Source: a virus. Taken from it: a stretch of DNA of 64,000 nt. The notes below the pieces were generated by a model. That model was not told where the DNA came from and searched no databases. It worked only from the letters and a program-made list of their open reading frames with translations. The stretch is from IMG/VR virus record IMGVR_UViG_3300032334_000488, positions 23,212 through 87,211 of that record, one strand, 5' to 3'. Within the stretch, counting starts at the first letter, position 1, and every line of letters begins with the position of its first letter. A program made the position numbers and the translations under genes. Of the stretch, positions 8,561 to 17,630 are shown piece by piece.

Positions 8561-10558
8561 TTAGTTGTTTACAAGACGGCGAGAGATCGCGTACTTCACG
8601 ATTGATTTCGCCATGTAAACAAGATCGAATGGATTACGAATTACAGAAGCGATTTCGCAATAGTGCGATGTCTGATCTGTAAGAGGTTGCACCGCTTCTC
8701 CGTTTTCAGGAATGTAAGCGAATGCAGTAAGCACACCAGCACGAGCCATGCGCTTGATAGTTTCGTGATTAGCATCTTGATTGCCCGACCATTCTCCGTC
8801 AGTAATTGCGAAGAAGATTCGTACAGGTTTCTCAGTTTCAGCAAGCAATTTAGTTGCGTACTTAATTGCTTGATCTGCTGATGTACCGCCACCAGTACCA
8901 GCATCACGAATCGTGTTACCGACACGATCAGTTGCACGATAGAGAGTGTTTGCATGATCGTTGAAAGTGATAACAGTTGTATTTGCACTAACGCGATCAA
9001 GTGCCTTCTTAATTGCGTACATGGCTTTGTATGCACTAGAGGCTTTGTGTCCTGACATTGAACCTGAGTTGTCTAACAAGATCACGCATTCAATCTCAGT
9101 CGCATCTTCACGACCCTCATTCCATTGATCGAATACAGTATCGAGATCATCGCCACGTAAATAACGATGTGCAGATAAACGACCTTGTGACTCGTACTTA
9201 TCCCATGCAGGGTCGAACGATGCTCTCAATCGCTCTAACTCACGACCGAATGACAACGATGCTTGAAATGTATTTGCATCAGGTGCTAAGTCGTGAAAGC
9301 GATCTAGTTCAGGTTCTTTTGAGTTGTTAGTAGCAAGAGAAGGTAAGCCACCAATCTGTCGCAAGATGTCGTTGATTTCAGTTTCATTAGAATCAAGAAT
9401 GTTTTCTAATAGATCACCAATCAATGTGTCGATCATTTCGCCAGCAGAATTACCAGCAGAATCAGAAGAAGAAGGCGAATCAAAATCTTGATCTGAATCC
9501 TGATCTGAATCTGTATCATCGAAATCGAAATCGATGTCGTTGATGTCAACATCGATAACAGGTTTTGATTTCAGTTGTTCAGCCAGTTGTGCATCATCTT
9601 CTTTGTCGAGTTGTTGTGATCGATCACGATCTTTTTCTTGCTTCTTTGGTGGAACAGGTCGTGAGTTTGCAGAGGATTCCAAGCCCTCTTGTGGTCGCTT
9701 GCCATGACCGAATGGGTCATTGATGCGAACGATTACATCGCCCTCTTCACCAGCCTGTGCAGGGCGCACAGAGCCATTCTCGCCACTACCTGAACCATTA
9801 CCTGAGCCATTACCTTTTGGAAGTAACTCGTTAAATCGCGCAATTAGTTCCTTTCCTTTTTCAGTATCAGCAGGGAATAGAAGAGTGCGGTATTCATCGA
9901 CTACTGCACAGATTTCATCGATCTGATCTTGATGAGGATAGGCGTTACGAGATTGCGCTCTTAACTCCACAGGTAAGTATCTACGACCACGCAATAGCGG
10001 ATAAGAGTTAGTGAATGCCTCTTTGTTATCAACGAAGTGAATCAAGATTGTGGCAGTAAACCAATCAATCGTTGACGGATACTTTGAGGTAAAGAGAGTT
10101 TCGATTCTCTGATCTTCTAGTGCGTTGTATGCGGTGAAGTAATTGTTATCTCGTACATAATCGAAGAGTTCTGAACCCTCACGAGATGTGTAGAGAATGT
10201 GGCTGATCTCGTGAAGATCAAGCCCCTTGATACCAGCGATTGATTTAGCATCGTTGAGATCACCGATAGTGCGAGAGTTGAAAGTAACCGATGATGCACC
10301 TGACCAAGCAGGTGCTTCCATTGGTGAGTTCTCGACAGTCACAGTCACTTTGCGAAATGTGAATGCAGAATTAACACGACCGAAGAATTGTGTGAATCGT
10401 TCTAGTCGTTGCTTCTTCTCTTCTGCTTTCAACAGTTGTGATCGTAGTGACTCACGAGTCTCACCGAGAATGTCGAGTTCCCATTCTGCGACTGCATCGT
10501 TGTAATCCATTGTTACTCCATTTCGTTTACATGACGGACAATTACCACAAGCACACAT
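8561..10558 (-). CDS. vWA-domain protein with N-terminal HExxH metallopeptidase-like domain (start may be 10510)
   Basis: HEISH...NALED.RIE, acidic linker, MIDAS DNSGS...GGGT...TDG. Confidence 0.85.
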   Translation of the reverse strand: MCACGNCPSCKRNGVTMDYNDAVAEWELDILGETRESLRSQLLKAEEKKQRLERFTQFFGRVNSAFTFRKVTVTVENSPMEAPAWSGASSVTFNSRTIGDLNDAKSIAGIKGLDLHEISHILYTSREGSELFDYVRDNNYFTAYNALEDQRIETLFTSKYPSTIDWFTATILIHFVDNKEAFTNSYPLLRGRRYLPVELRAQSRNAYPHQDQIDEICAVVDEYRTLLFPADTEKGKELIARFNELLPKGNGSGNGSGSGENGSVRPAQAGEEGDVIVRINDPFGHGKRPQEGLESSANSRPVPPKKQEKDRDRSQQLDKEDDAQLAEQLKSKPVIDVDINDIDFDFDDTDSDQDSDQDFDSPSSSDSAGNSAGEMIDTLIGDLLENILDSNETEINDILRQIGGLPSLATNNSKEPELDRFHDLAPDANTFQASLSFGRELERLRASFDPAWDKYESQGRLSAHRYLRGDDLDTVFDQWNEGREDATEIECVILLDNSGSMSGHKASSAYKAMYAIKKALDRVSANTTVITFNDHANTLYRATDRVGNTIRDAGTGGGTSADQAIKYATKLLAETEKPVRIFFAITDGEWSGNQDANHETIKRMARAGVLTAFAYIPENGEAVQPLTDQTSHYCEIASVIRNPFDLVYMAKSIVKYAISRRLVNN

Positions 10559-10560
10559 TG

Positions 10561-11442
10561 TTAAGCCGTTGCGTGTTCTGTTGTGATCTTTTCAGCATCG
10601 AGTCCAAGTTCTTCTCGAATGTTGTATGAAGTACCTTCAAGAAGCATCTTGACTGCGGGGCGTTCTTCATCAGAGAAGTTGTTTATGAATACATCGCAAG
10701 CGAAATCGAATGACAATCCTTTTGCAACCTTCTCGAATGTTTTCAAGATACGAGGTGATACAGGTGTCTCGAAGATAGTGCCACGATCTGATGCGTGATC
10801 GTCTCTGCGAGATGTTGATCGCATTCCGTTTGCGAGTTCCAAGAGTGAAGAGGATTTGATGATCTTCTTCTCAATCGTTGTGTCGTAATCGAATCGCAAT
10901 TTAATTTCGAAGCGATCTTTCCAAGCCTCGTTAAGTAACTGAGTACCTCGATAGTTTGGATTCTGATCTGCAACCACTAATAGATCAGGGTGTGCGTTGA
11001 TTACTTCGTTGTCATGTGACATGAGAGTAATTGAACGGCGATCATCGAGAAGGCTCATTAAGTACTGTGAGAGGTTCTTAGGGGCGTTGTTGAGTTCGTT
11101 GATAAGTAGCAAGCCACCCTCACGAACGATCTTTGTAATTGCGCCGTCAACCCACTTTAGTTTGCCGTCAGCATCAGGGAACAAACCACCAATTAATTGT
11201 GTGAAGTCGATTGCAGAGTTACATGGAACAGCGAAGAAGTTCATGTGTCGCTTTGATGCGTAAGCAAGTGCCGATGTTGTCTTGCCAGTTCCAGCATCGC
11301 CTTCGATTAAGATGTTCATGTTGTGAGCAAGTGCGAAGTCGTACATGGCATCTTCTGTAACGCCACCAGTAAAGGTGCGTGGAATGTAGTGCGATGTCTT
11401 TTCTAGCGTTGGAATAAATAGTGATTTGTTTTCTGTAGTCAT
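10561..11442 (-). CDS. MoxR/CbbQ-type AAA+ ATPase
   Basis: Walker A GDAGTGKT, WVDG, Walker B LLLINE, NPNYRGT..LNEAWKDRF. Adjacent to the vWA gene. Confidence 0.9.
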   Translation of the reverse strand: MTTENKSLFIPTLEKTSHYIPRTFTGGVTEDAMYDFALAHNMNILIEGDAGTGKTTSALAYASKRHMNFFAVPCNSAIDFTQLIGGLFPDADGKLKWVDGAITKIVREGGLLLINELNNAPKNLSQYLMSLLDDRRSITLMSHDNEVINAHPDLLVVADQNPNYRGTQLLNEAWKDRFEIKLRFDYDTTIEKKIIKSSSLLELANGMRSTSRRDDHASDRGTIFETPVSPRILKTFEKVAKGLSFDFACDVFINNFSDEERPAVKMLLEGTSYNIREELGLDAEKITTEHATA

Positions 11443-11466
11443 GTTGTTTTCCGTTTCTCTAGGTGT

Positions 11467-11733
11467 TTAGTTTGTTTGGTAGTCGGTTGTTACTGCATCA
11501 GGGTTTTTAACGATGATCTTTGATGCGAGGTACAGATCATCGAGTTGTGTAGTTAGTTCCTGAAACTCGTTGAAGATGTTGCACTCTTCTTCAATACGAG
11601 ATTCGATCTTTGGTAGTACAGATTGAAGCACCGCAACGATCTGTGGTGGTGCGCCATTTTCAAGTGCGTTGTCGAGTGCCACCTCAACCATTGTGTGAAG
11701 TAATCCGAGTTCATCGAGATTGAATTGACTCAT
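11467..11733 (-). CDS. hypothetical protein
   Basis: 88-aa ORF. Confidence 0.55.
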   Translation of the reverse strand: MSQFNLDELGLLHTMVEVALDNALENGAPPQIVAVLQSVLPKIESRIEEECNIFNEFQELTTQLDDLYLASKIIVKNPDAVTTDYQTN

Positions 11734-11828
11734 TAGATACCTCGATTCGATTGCGATAGTTCGTGGAATAAGTTTTCGATCAGTACACCAACAACGCCAG
11801 CGATTACTGCAAGAATGAAAATAACCAT

Positions 11829-12116
11829 TTAGTCCTCATCTCTATCTATCCAAGCATTTAGGAATAGTCCGTCAACGGCGTTGATCGCAGTTACAGTTGT
11901 TGAATTACGAAATTGCACACCAGCAGGTAGTTCAATTTCGAGATCGTATTGCTCATTGTTAACCGCCTTGATTGCTTCCTTAGCAACGGCGATCATAAAG
12001 TCAGGAATCGGTGGATAGCAGTTATTACCGAAATGAATTGCTAATTGTTGTTCGAGATCAATAACAAACTCACCGCTTGCTAGATCGTTTGCGAAAGTAG
12101 AACCCATGTTATGCAA
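11829..12116 (-). CDS. hypothetical protein
   Basis: 95-aa ORF with HFGNNCYPPIP motif seen in actinophage proteins. Confidence 0.6.
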   Translation of the reverse strand: MHNMGSTFANDLASGEFVIDLEQQLAIHFGNNCYPPIPDFMIAVAKEAIKAVNNEQYDLEIELPAGVQFRNSTTVTAINAVDGLFLNAWIDRDED

Positions 12117-12402
12117 CCGCCTTTCTTACATAGTTTTGATGTTTTGATGTTGTAGTTGAGTATTTGCAGTTAGGCATAAACCAACCGCTATTAGAATGCC
12201 AAGCGATTGGTGTTGAGTATGAGTACACAATAAAGTCAGGTCGATCTAACTCCAGTTGATCTCGAAACTCTTGTGGAAGTCTGCCGAAATCGTAAGCGTA
12301 TTCATTTGGCGCAATAACAACGCCGTAGAGATTGTTACCTGTGAATGCAACGCGATCAACGATTAGATCGCCAGCCTTTGTGTTTGATGTTCTAGTTGTC
12401 AT
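12109..12402 (-). CDS. conserved phage hypothetical protein
   Basis: YSYSTPIAW...YSTTTSKHQN motif common in phage early regions. Confidence 0.65.
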   Translation of the reverse strand: MTTRTSNTKAGDLIVDRVAFTGNNLYGVVIAPNEYAYDFGRLPQEFRDQLELDRPDFIVYSYSTPIAWHSNSGWFMPNCKYSTTTSKHQNYVRKAVA

Positions 12403-12688
12403 TTAGTTTCTCCGTTACATAGTCGGCAGATAAGAGCAGGTTTGTCGTTTAGTTTTACGAACCATAGATCGGTTGAAGGTTTAGCGCAGATAGCGCAGTC
12501 AAGAATGATTGACATTTATTTCGCCACTTTTACAATGTCGAGTTGTTTGATGAAGTCGAGTGTGTAGTTATCTGATTTAGTTGAGTAGAAGCGAGTTCCG
12601 TCATTTAGTAGTAGATCGATAGCGATCTCTGTAATACGACCACGAGCAACGATGTTGCCCTTTGCATCTATGAATGTTTGTTGTTTCA

Positions 12689-12931
12689 TTAGTTGTTGTC
12701 CAATCCTGTAGTCAAAGCCTTTTGCAGTTCTGCATTAAATACTCGTGTTGTAGGTGCTTCTCCATAAGGAGTGAAGTTTGTTGAGAGATTGACACGAACG
12801 AATCCGTCTCTATAAAACTTGATTCGTTTTTTAGAACTTAGAAAACCTTCGTATGAATAAAGATACTTTCCTGTGTTGGTGTCATAGAAATCCCAAACAC
12901 CTGTTGTTCCAATTACTGTTTTGGTTGTCAT
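12689..12931 (-). CDS. hypothetical protein (first gene of left arm)
   Basis: 80-aa ORF starting MTT, like several neighbours. Confidence 0.55.
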   Translation of the reverse strand: MTTKTVIGTTGVWDFYDTNTGKYLYSYEGFLSSKKRIKFYRDGFVRVNLSTNFTPYGEAPTTRVFNAELQKALTTGLDNN

Positions 12932-12974
12932 TTTTTATTCCGTTTCCTTTTGTAGTTACTAGTGGAATTGAATA

Positions 12975-13870
12975 CATCGAGTTATGTATTCATAGCGATC
13001 GATCACCAAGATAGTTCGCTGACTATTTATGGTGATCGATCACTATTAACACATAAGCAGAAGTGCTGATCGTTGTTGTTGTAACTAGTTTCAATGTGCA
13101 ATCGGTTGGATTGATTACCACCTGCACTCACTAGTAGAGACATTCCGTCACTAGTTACATGACGATCTCCACACTTCAATTTCCCTAAGCCCTACTGCTA
13201 TTCACAATCAGTTTCTTGATCGTTAATCCGCGCCCTTGAAATACCGCTTGAATGTATTTACTAATTACATTCGCATCGCCGTAGCAAGCATGATCGAATC
13301 GATTATTTATTTCGGTGTTATTGCATCGTATAGTCCGACCGCACACTTTCTGCCTTAGTAACTGATTACTAGTTGTAATCAATACCGAATAAATAAATCG
13401 CAGTTTCTTAGTCACTATAAAAAATAAATAAATAAATTGATCGTCACCTAAGTACTGTCCCTAAGGAAATCTTTCGCAGGTTAGTTCACCGATGTTTATT
13501 TATTATTTAATTATTGTTAAAGCCTGTTACCAGTTTTAACGATTCGCTTTTTTCACTTTGAATGATTCACCAATTTGCCCCTAGAGGATTCTGAAATCGG
13601 TGGTCACACATCGAGTGCGCTACTAGGAGAATTGAACCACATCTGTACGACAAATTGGGACAGGCTGATAAGAGGGGTTTTTGGTGTCACGCTCAAAAAA
13701 TCCCACCCCACAGAATGGGCGCAGAAGAACGATCGCCCCATGAATAGGGTTCTTATTCCAGTATTGGGGGTAAAGCCCTGAGAGAGCCTATAGAAGCCGT
13801 ATAAGGGCTATTGAGCGTGAGGCTGATAGGGGCAGTTTGAGCGTGGGGTGTTGCGTGGGTCACACCTGCC
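12975..13870. ncRNA. candidate long structured non-coding element
   Basis: Successive long imperfect inverted repeats with G-U-type pairs. No credible ORF. Confidence 0.4.
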
Positions 13871-13945
13871 GAAGTAACTGCCAAGATCGCTAGTTCCGCC
13901 AAGTAAGTCCGAGCAAATAGTTGAAAGTTCAATTACATTACTCCG

Positions 13946-14323
13946 ATGCGAGAATGCCGAGAGTGCAGAGTTGAGAAGCCGTTAGATCGTTACGAGTTAA
14001 CAGGTCATGGCTATCACCGAAAGATTTGCATGAGTTGCAGATCGTCACGAAAGCGAATAAAGAGATTGCCACGACAATTTGGAATCAGTTACCAAGAATT
14101 GTTAGTGATGAAAGAAGAACAAGATTACAAGTGTGCGATCTGTGGAATACATGAAGAGAACACAACAAAAAAGTTAGCGGTAGATCACGATCACAAAACT
14201 AATCGAGTGCGTGGGTATCTGTGCAATAACTGCAACAGGGGAATTGGTTTATTGAAAGATGATGTAGAAGTGATGAAGAGAGCGATTGTTTATTTAGAGC
14301 GCAATTTATCGAATGATGTTTAG
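13946..14323 (+). CDS. endonuclease VII-like (probable homing) endonuclease
   Basis: CAICG...LAVDHDHKTNRVRGYLCNNCNRGIG. Confidence 0.85.
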   Translation: MRECRECRVEKPLDRYELTGHGYHRKICMSCRSSRKRIKRLPRQFGISYQELLVMKEEQDYKCAICGIHEENTTKKLAVDHDHKTNRVRGYLCNNCNRGIGLLKDDVEVMKRAIVYLERNLSNDV

Positions 14324-14359
14324 CCTGTATTCGGGGGTAATCGGGGGTATAAATAACCT

Positions 14360-14809
14360 ATGAAAATCTGCATAGTTTGTGAGAAAGAGTTGCCTCTTAG
14401 TAAGTTCGAGATGAACGGAAACACCCGAAGGAATCAATGCGTATCTTGTAGGTTTCAACAAAAAAAGAATCGCCCTTCTTATGATTCCGTAATAAAGCCT
14501 AAAATCAAGAATTATCGATTGAAGCAATACGGAATAACTATTGAGGATTACAACGAGATGTTAAGTAAACAGAACGGCGTGTGCGCTATCTGTAAAACTA
14601 ATCCGTATCCTGATAAAAAGTTCTGTGTAGATCACGATCACAATACAGGCGTAGTTCGTGGGTTGTTGTGCGATTTATGCAATAGAGGTATCGGGTTGAT
14701 GCGTGATGATGTCGTAATCCTAGCGTCTGCTATTGATTATTTAACGCCCCTCTTTTCTCAGAAGGAAGGGGTCACAGGGGAAACCTCGTTTCCCCTGATA
14801 AAAGAATAA
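14360..14809 (+). CDS. endonuclease VII-like endonuclease
   Basis: YGIT..Y...Q.GVCAIC...VDHDHNTGVVRGLLCDLCNRGIG. Confidence 0.85.
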   Translation: MKICIVCEKELPLSKFEMNGNTRRNQCVSCRFQQKKNRPSYDSVIKPKIKNYRLKQYGITIEDYNEMLSKQNGVCAICKTNPYPDKKFCVDHDHNTGVVRGLLCDLCNRGIGLMRDDVVILASAIDYLTPLFSQKEGVTGETSFPLIKE

Positions 14810-14892
14810 GTTGTTTATGACCAAAGTATTTAAGAGAGAATAGAGAGATAGATACATTGATTGGTTACTAGATTGCTTGCTGGTATTAAGTG

Positions 14893-15170
14893 TTGGTACA
14901 ACCTGATAATAGAGATCACTATCTGATTCACATAGCAACAGGTAACTAACTATGTGATGAAAAGGTACATTTGAAATAGTTAGTTAACTACCTGATAACA
15001 AGTGGCTGAGATGACTGACAGGCTGGTGGTATGCACACAGGCAATCTGTTTCAGAATGCAGTAGCCGAAGCGATCACGATGTCATGTCACCAAAATTGTC
15101 ACCAAACTATTGGTACAACCTGATAACAAAGCGTGTGTTAACAACATCGCACCTGATTAGTAGTCAGGTG
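14893..15170. repeat. iteron-like direct repeats and hairpins
   Basis: TTGGTACAACCTGATAA at 14893 and 15110. ACCTGATAACAAAG at 14990 and 15118. TGTCACCAAA at 15085 and 15097. Confidence 0.6.
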
Positions 15171-15703
15171 ATGATGTGAACATTGTAAAAAATAAATTGA
15201 CCCCCCCACCATTAACGCAAACACACACGATGAGCGGCCAGGTCGGAGCCATGATTGAGGGGTTTAGGCTGAGGCAGTAGCCAAAATGAGCAATAATCGG
15301 CCACATGAGCGAAATTCAGCCCCTATCTATGGCTTCTGAGCCTTGTTGCAGCACAAATTGCCCTTGTAAAGAGGAAAATGATGACAAATAGTCAAAATTT
15401 GTCGGCATCACAGTTTGGCAACACGGTAAGTGTGGCCAAGGCGTGAATATCGCCTTCATCATCGTTGCAATTGTCGTTGTTGGAGTTGCATTGTGGGCAT
15501 CAGAGCAGTAATCTAGTTCTACGACTGGTAGGCGAGCACGACTTAACTTCCAAAAGTGTAGGGGACTGTCGTGAGTCCACCTACGGCCAGTTGTCAGCCA
15601 AATCCCTGCACTGCTAAATGCAGGGCTTTGTGCTGTAAAGAGCCCCCTAAAATTTTTTCTCAGTAACAACTCAAGGCAGTAGCCTTAATGCAACAATACT
15701 CAC

Positions 15704-16078
15704 ATGAGCAAGAGTGAATTCAACCAAGGTCATAGCCCAATGTGCCCAGAGTTAGGGTGCAGCAAGCCAGCAGATAGCCACATCCACCTCAGTCGTGAGG
15801 ATGTCGACTCTATGCGTGGTATGGCACAGGCAGGCAAGATGGCTGCCGAGGTCGACACTCACATGAGAACTGCTCCAACAGACACCCGTGACCATGCCGC
15901 ATTGAAGGCACACATGCTCTCTTCTGGCCATTACGCCCATCCGATGGATGTGCACGAGATGACTCACGAGACATTGAAGGCCTATCACGATGAAGATCAC
16001 GCCAATATGGATGCAGGTCCAGCAGATGAGCGTGAGAATTACACAAACTTCGGCCACGAGCATATGCATAACGCATGA
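15704..16078 (+). CDS. His-rich hypothetical protein
   Basis: 124-aa ORF, first of an ATGA-coupled operon. Confidence 0.65.
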   Translation: MSKSEFNQGHSPMCPELGCSKPADSHIHLSREDVDSMRGMAQAGKMAAEVDTHMRTAPTDTRDHAALKAHMLSSGHYAHPMDVHEMTHETLKAYHDEDHANMDAGPADERENYTNFGHEHMHNA

Positions 16079-16452
16079 AGAATCCAAAGCCACATACCAC
16101 GCTAGTATCTGGTTCTCAGTTCCAGGGCTTCCTTACATCATCAGCAGCGGGTGTGAACACGCCATCACGCACAGGTGAGGGTACAGAGCCTCGCCCAGGT
16201 ATGAGCAAGCGTGATCACCGCAACATTATCGCCACAGAGTTAAACAACCATCCAAAGAAGATCGGCATGAGTATGTTTGTTGCAGGACTCACTCACATGG
16301 GTGTACAGCCTAACGAGGCTAACCTAGGTCACATCTCTGGATTAGTCAGAGGTGACAATGACAAATTTCATGAATTAGTCGGCCTTGCAAGAAAGACAGC
16401 AATCGGTGCAAAGCAGCGCAAGGTAGAGAAGAATCGTGGTATTCAAAAATGA
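16075..16452 (+). CDS. hypothetical protein (LVSGSQF motif)
   Basis: 125-aa coupled ORF. Confidence 0.65.
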   Translation: MKNPKPHTTLVSGSQFQGFLTSSAAGVNTPSRTGEGTEPRPGMSKRDHRNIIATELNNHPKKIGMSMFVAGLTHMGVQPNEANLGHISGLVRGDNDKFHELVGLARKTAIGAKQRKVEKNRGIQK

Positions 16453-16943
16453 AGCCACCAAAAGACTTAGGCAAGGCGATCGAGGCTGGCTATCAGCCTA
16501 TGTTCATGACAGGTGAAGAGATCAAGACTCACTTCGCACCTCTTGAGGGTGATAAGAAGATAGTTAAACTCCCACCCAACGAGAGAGCAAATCGCTACGA
16601 TCACGGTGAGCGCAAAGAGACTGATGATGAACTATGGGCTCGCAAGTTAAAGGAATCTAAGCAGACAGGATTAGAGCGCCACGGAGAGATCTCTTTTGCA
16701 TTTGGAGAGCCACAGAAGTACGGAATCTCACGTGAAAGCACTCTTGCAGATAAAGCCAAGAAGTCTGGCATGCCTGGAGCGATCCACGTAGCAGATAAGC
16801 CAGGATACCCATCAGACAAGCCGCAGATACTAGGTGGTCACCACCGTGTTGCATTATCGTCAGAGCAGTTCAAGGAGCACATCTTCCCTGTTAAGTATGC
16901 GAAGAATCTTGACGAGGCTAAGGCAGATCCAGGGTACCGATGA
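16449..16943 (+). CDS. ParB/Srx-like domain protein
   Basis: AIHV...PQILGGHHRVAL resembles the ParB-N GxHR motif. Confidence 0.55.
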   Translation: MKPPKDLGKAIEAGYQPMFMTGEEIKTHFAPLEGDKKIVKLPPNERANRYDHGERKETDDELWARKLKESKQTGLERHGEISFAFGEPQKYGISRESTLADKAKKSGMPGAIHVADKPGYPSDKPQILGGHHRVALSSEQFKEHIFPVKYAKNLDEAKADPGYR

Positions 16944-17101
16944 AGTGCAAGCACATCTACGAGGTAGTCGGGGCCGTCTTCTGCCCACATTGCGGTTCTA
17001 GCACTCACGAAGTGGACTGGGCCGATGTCAATGAACAGCATCGCGCCTGGAAAGAATTTATCATTGATAATCCACAAGAGTTAACTTGGTGGAGCATATG
17101 A
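16940..17101 (+). CDS. small Zn-ribbon protein (53 aa, not in ORF track)
   Basis: MKCKH...FCPHCG, ATGA-coupled at both ends. Confidence 0.55.
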   Translation: MKCKHIYEVVGAVFCPHCGSSTHEVDWADVNEQHRAWKEFIIDNPQELTWWSI

Positions 17102-17310
17102 GTCGTTCAGCAGAGTTTGAGTCATCCCACATCGCAGCACGAGAAATCGCCCCAGGTGATTATCTCGATCCATCAGTAAAGGTACGTGTACATGCGGCCA
17201 AGATGATTGGTAATGACTTCGTCGTAGCACATAAGTTACGTGGCTCTAAGTCACCTGGCGTGTCTATGTATAAGCCAGATGACAAGGTGAGAGTGTGGCG
17301 CAAGAAGTGA
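17098..17310 (+). CDS. hypothetical protein
   Basis: Starts MSRSAEF, coupled ORF. Confidence 0.55.
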   Translation: MSRSAEFESSHIAAREIAPGDYLDPSVKVRVHAAKMIGNDFVVAHKLRGSKSPGVSMYKPDDKVRVWRKK

Positions 17311-17630
17311 GCAACCTCAATCCTCAGCAGTTTGTATCTCTGACCCATCACGAGGGCAGGTACCTCCATCATATTGACGCACATGACCAAGATGGCAACA
17401 TGGTCGGATCTATGGATTGGAACAAGAGATCCAAGAGAGTGATGAACATCAGCGTCAGCACACGACTTCGTCGTCAAGGTATTGCAAGCCACATGTGGGA
17501 TCTAGCAAATCAAACCGCCCAAGAAAAAGGTCAAGTAGGACCTCAACACTCCTACGAGAGAACTGACCTAGGAGATGCATGGGCAAAATCCGTAGGTGGA
17601 CGTCTTCCACACAATAGGATGAAAAAATGA
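17307..17630 (+). CDS. GNAT acetyltransferase
   Basis: ISVSTRLRRQGIASHM acetyl-CoA motif A. GTG start overlaps the upstream TGA. Confidence 0.75.
   Translation: MSNLNPQQFVSLTHHEGRYLHHIDAHDQDGNMVGSMDWNKRSKRVMNISVSTRLRRQGIASHMWDLANQTAQEKGQVGPQHSYERTDLGDAWAKSVGGRLPHNRMKK

Noticed and set aside
13185-13781. ORFs 13185-13415 and 13575-13781 (also 15316-15669)
   Set aside because: Weak starts, no RBS or motifs, and they overlap structured or regulatory DNA.
2200-14100. Cyanobacterial HIP1 (GCGATCGC) signature
   Set aside because: The enrichment is of the GATC/TCGA core, not the octamer, and the gene content is actinobacterial.
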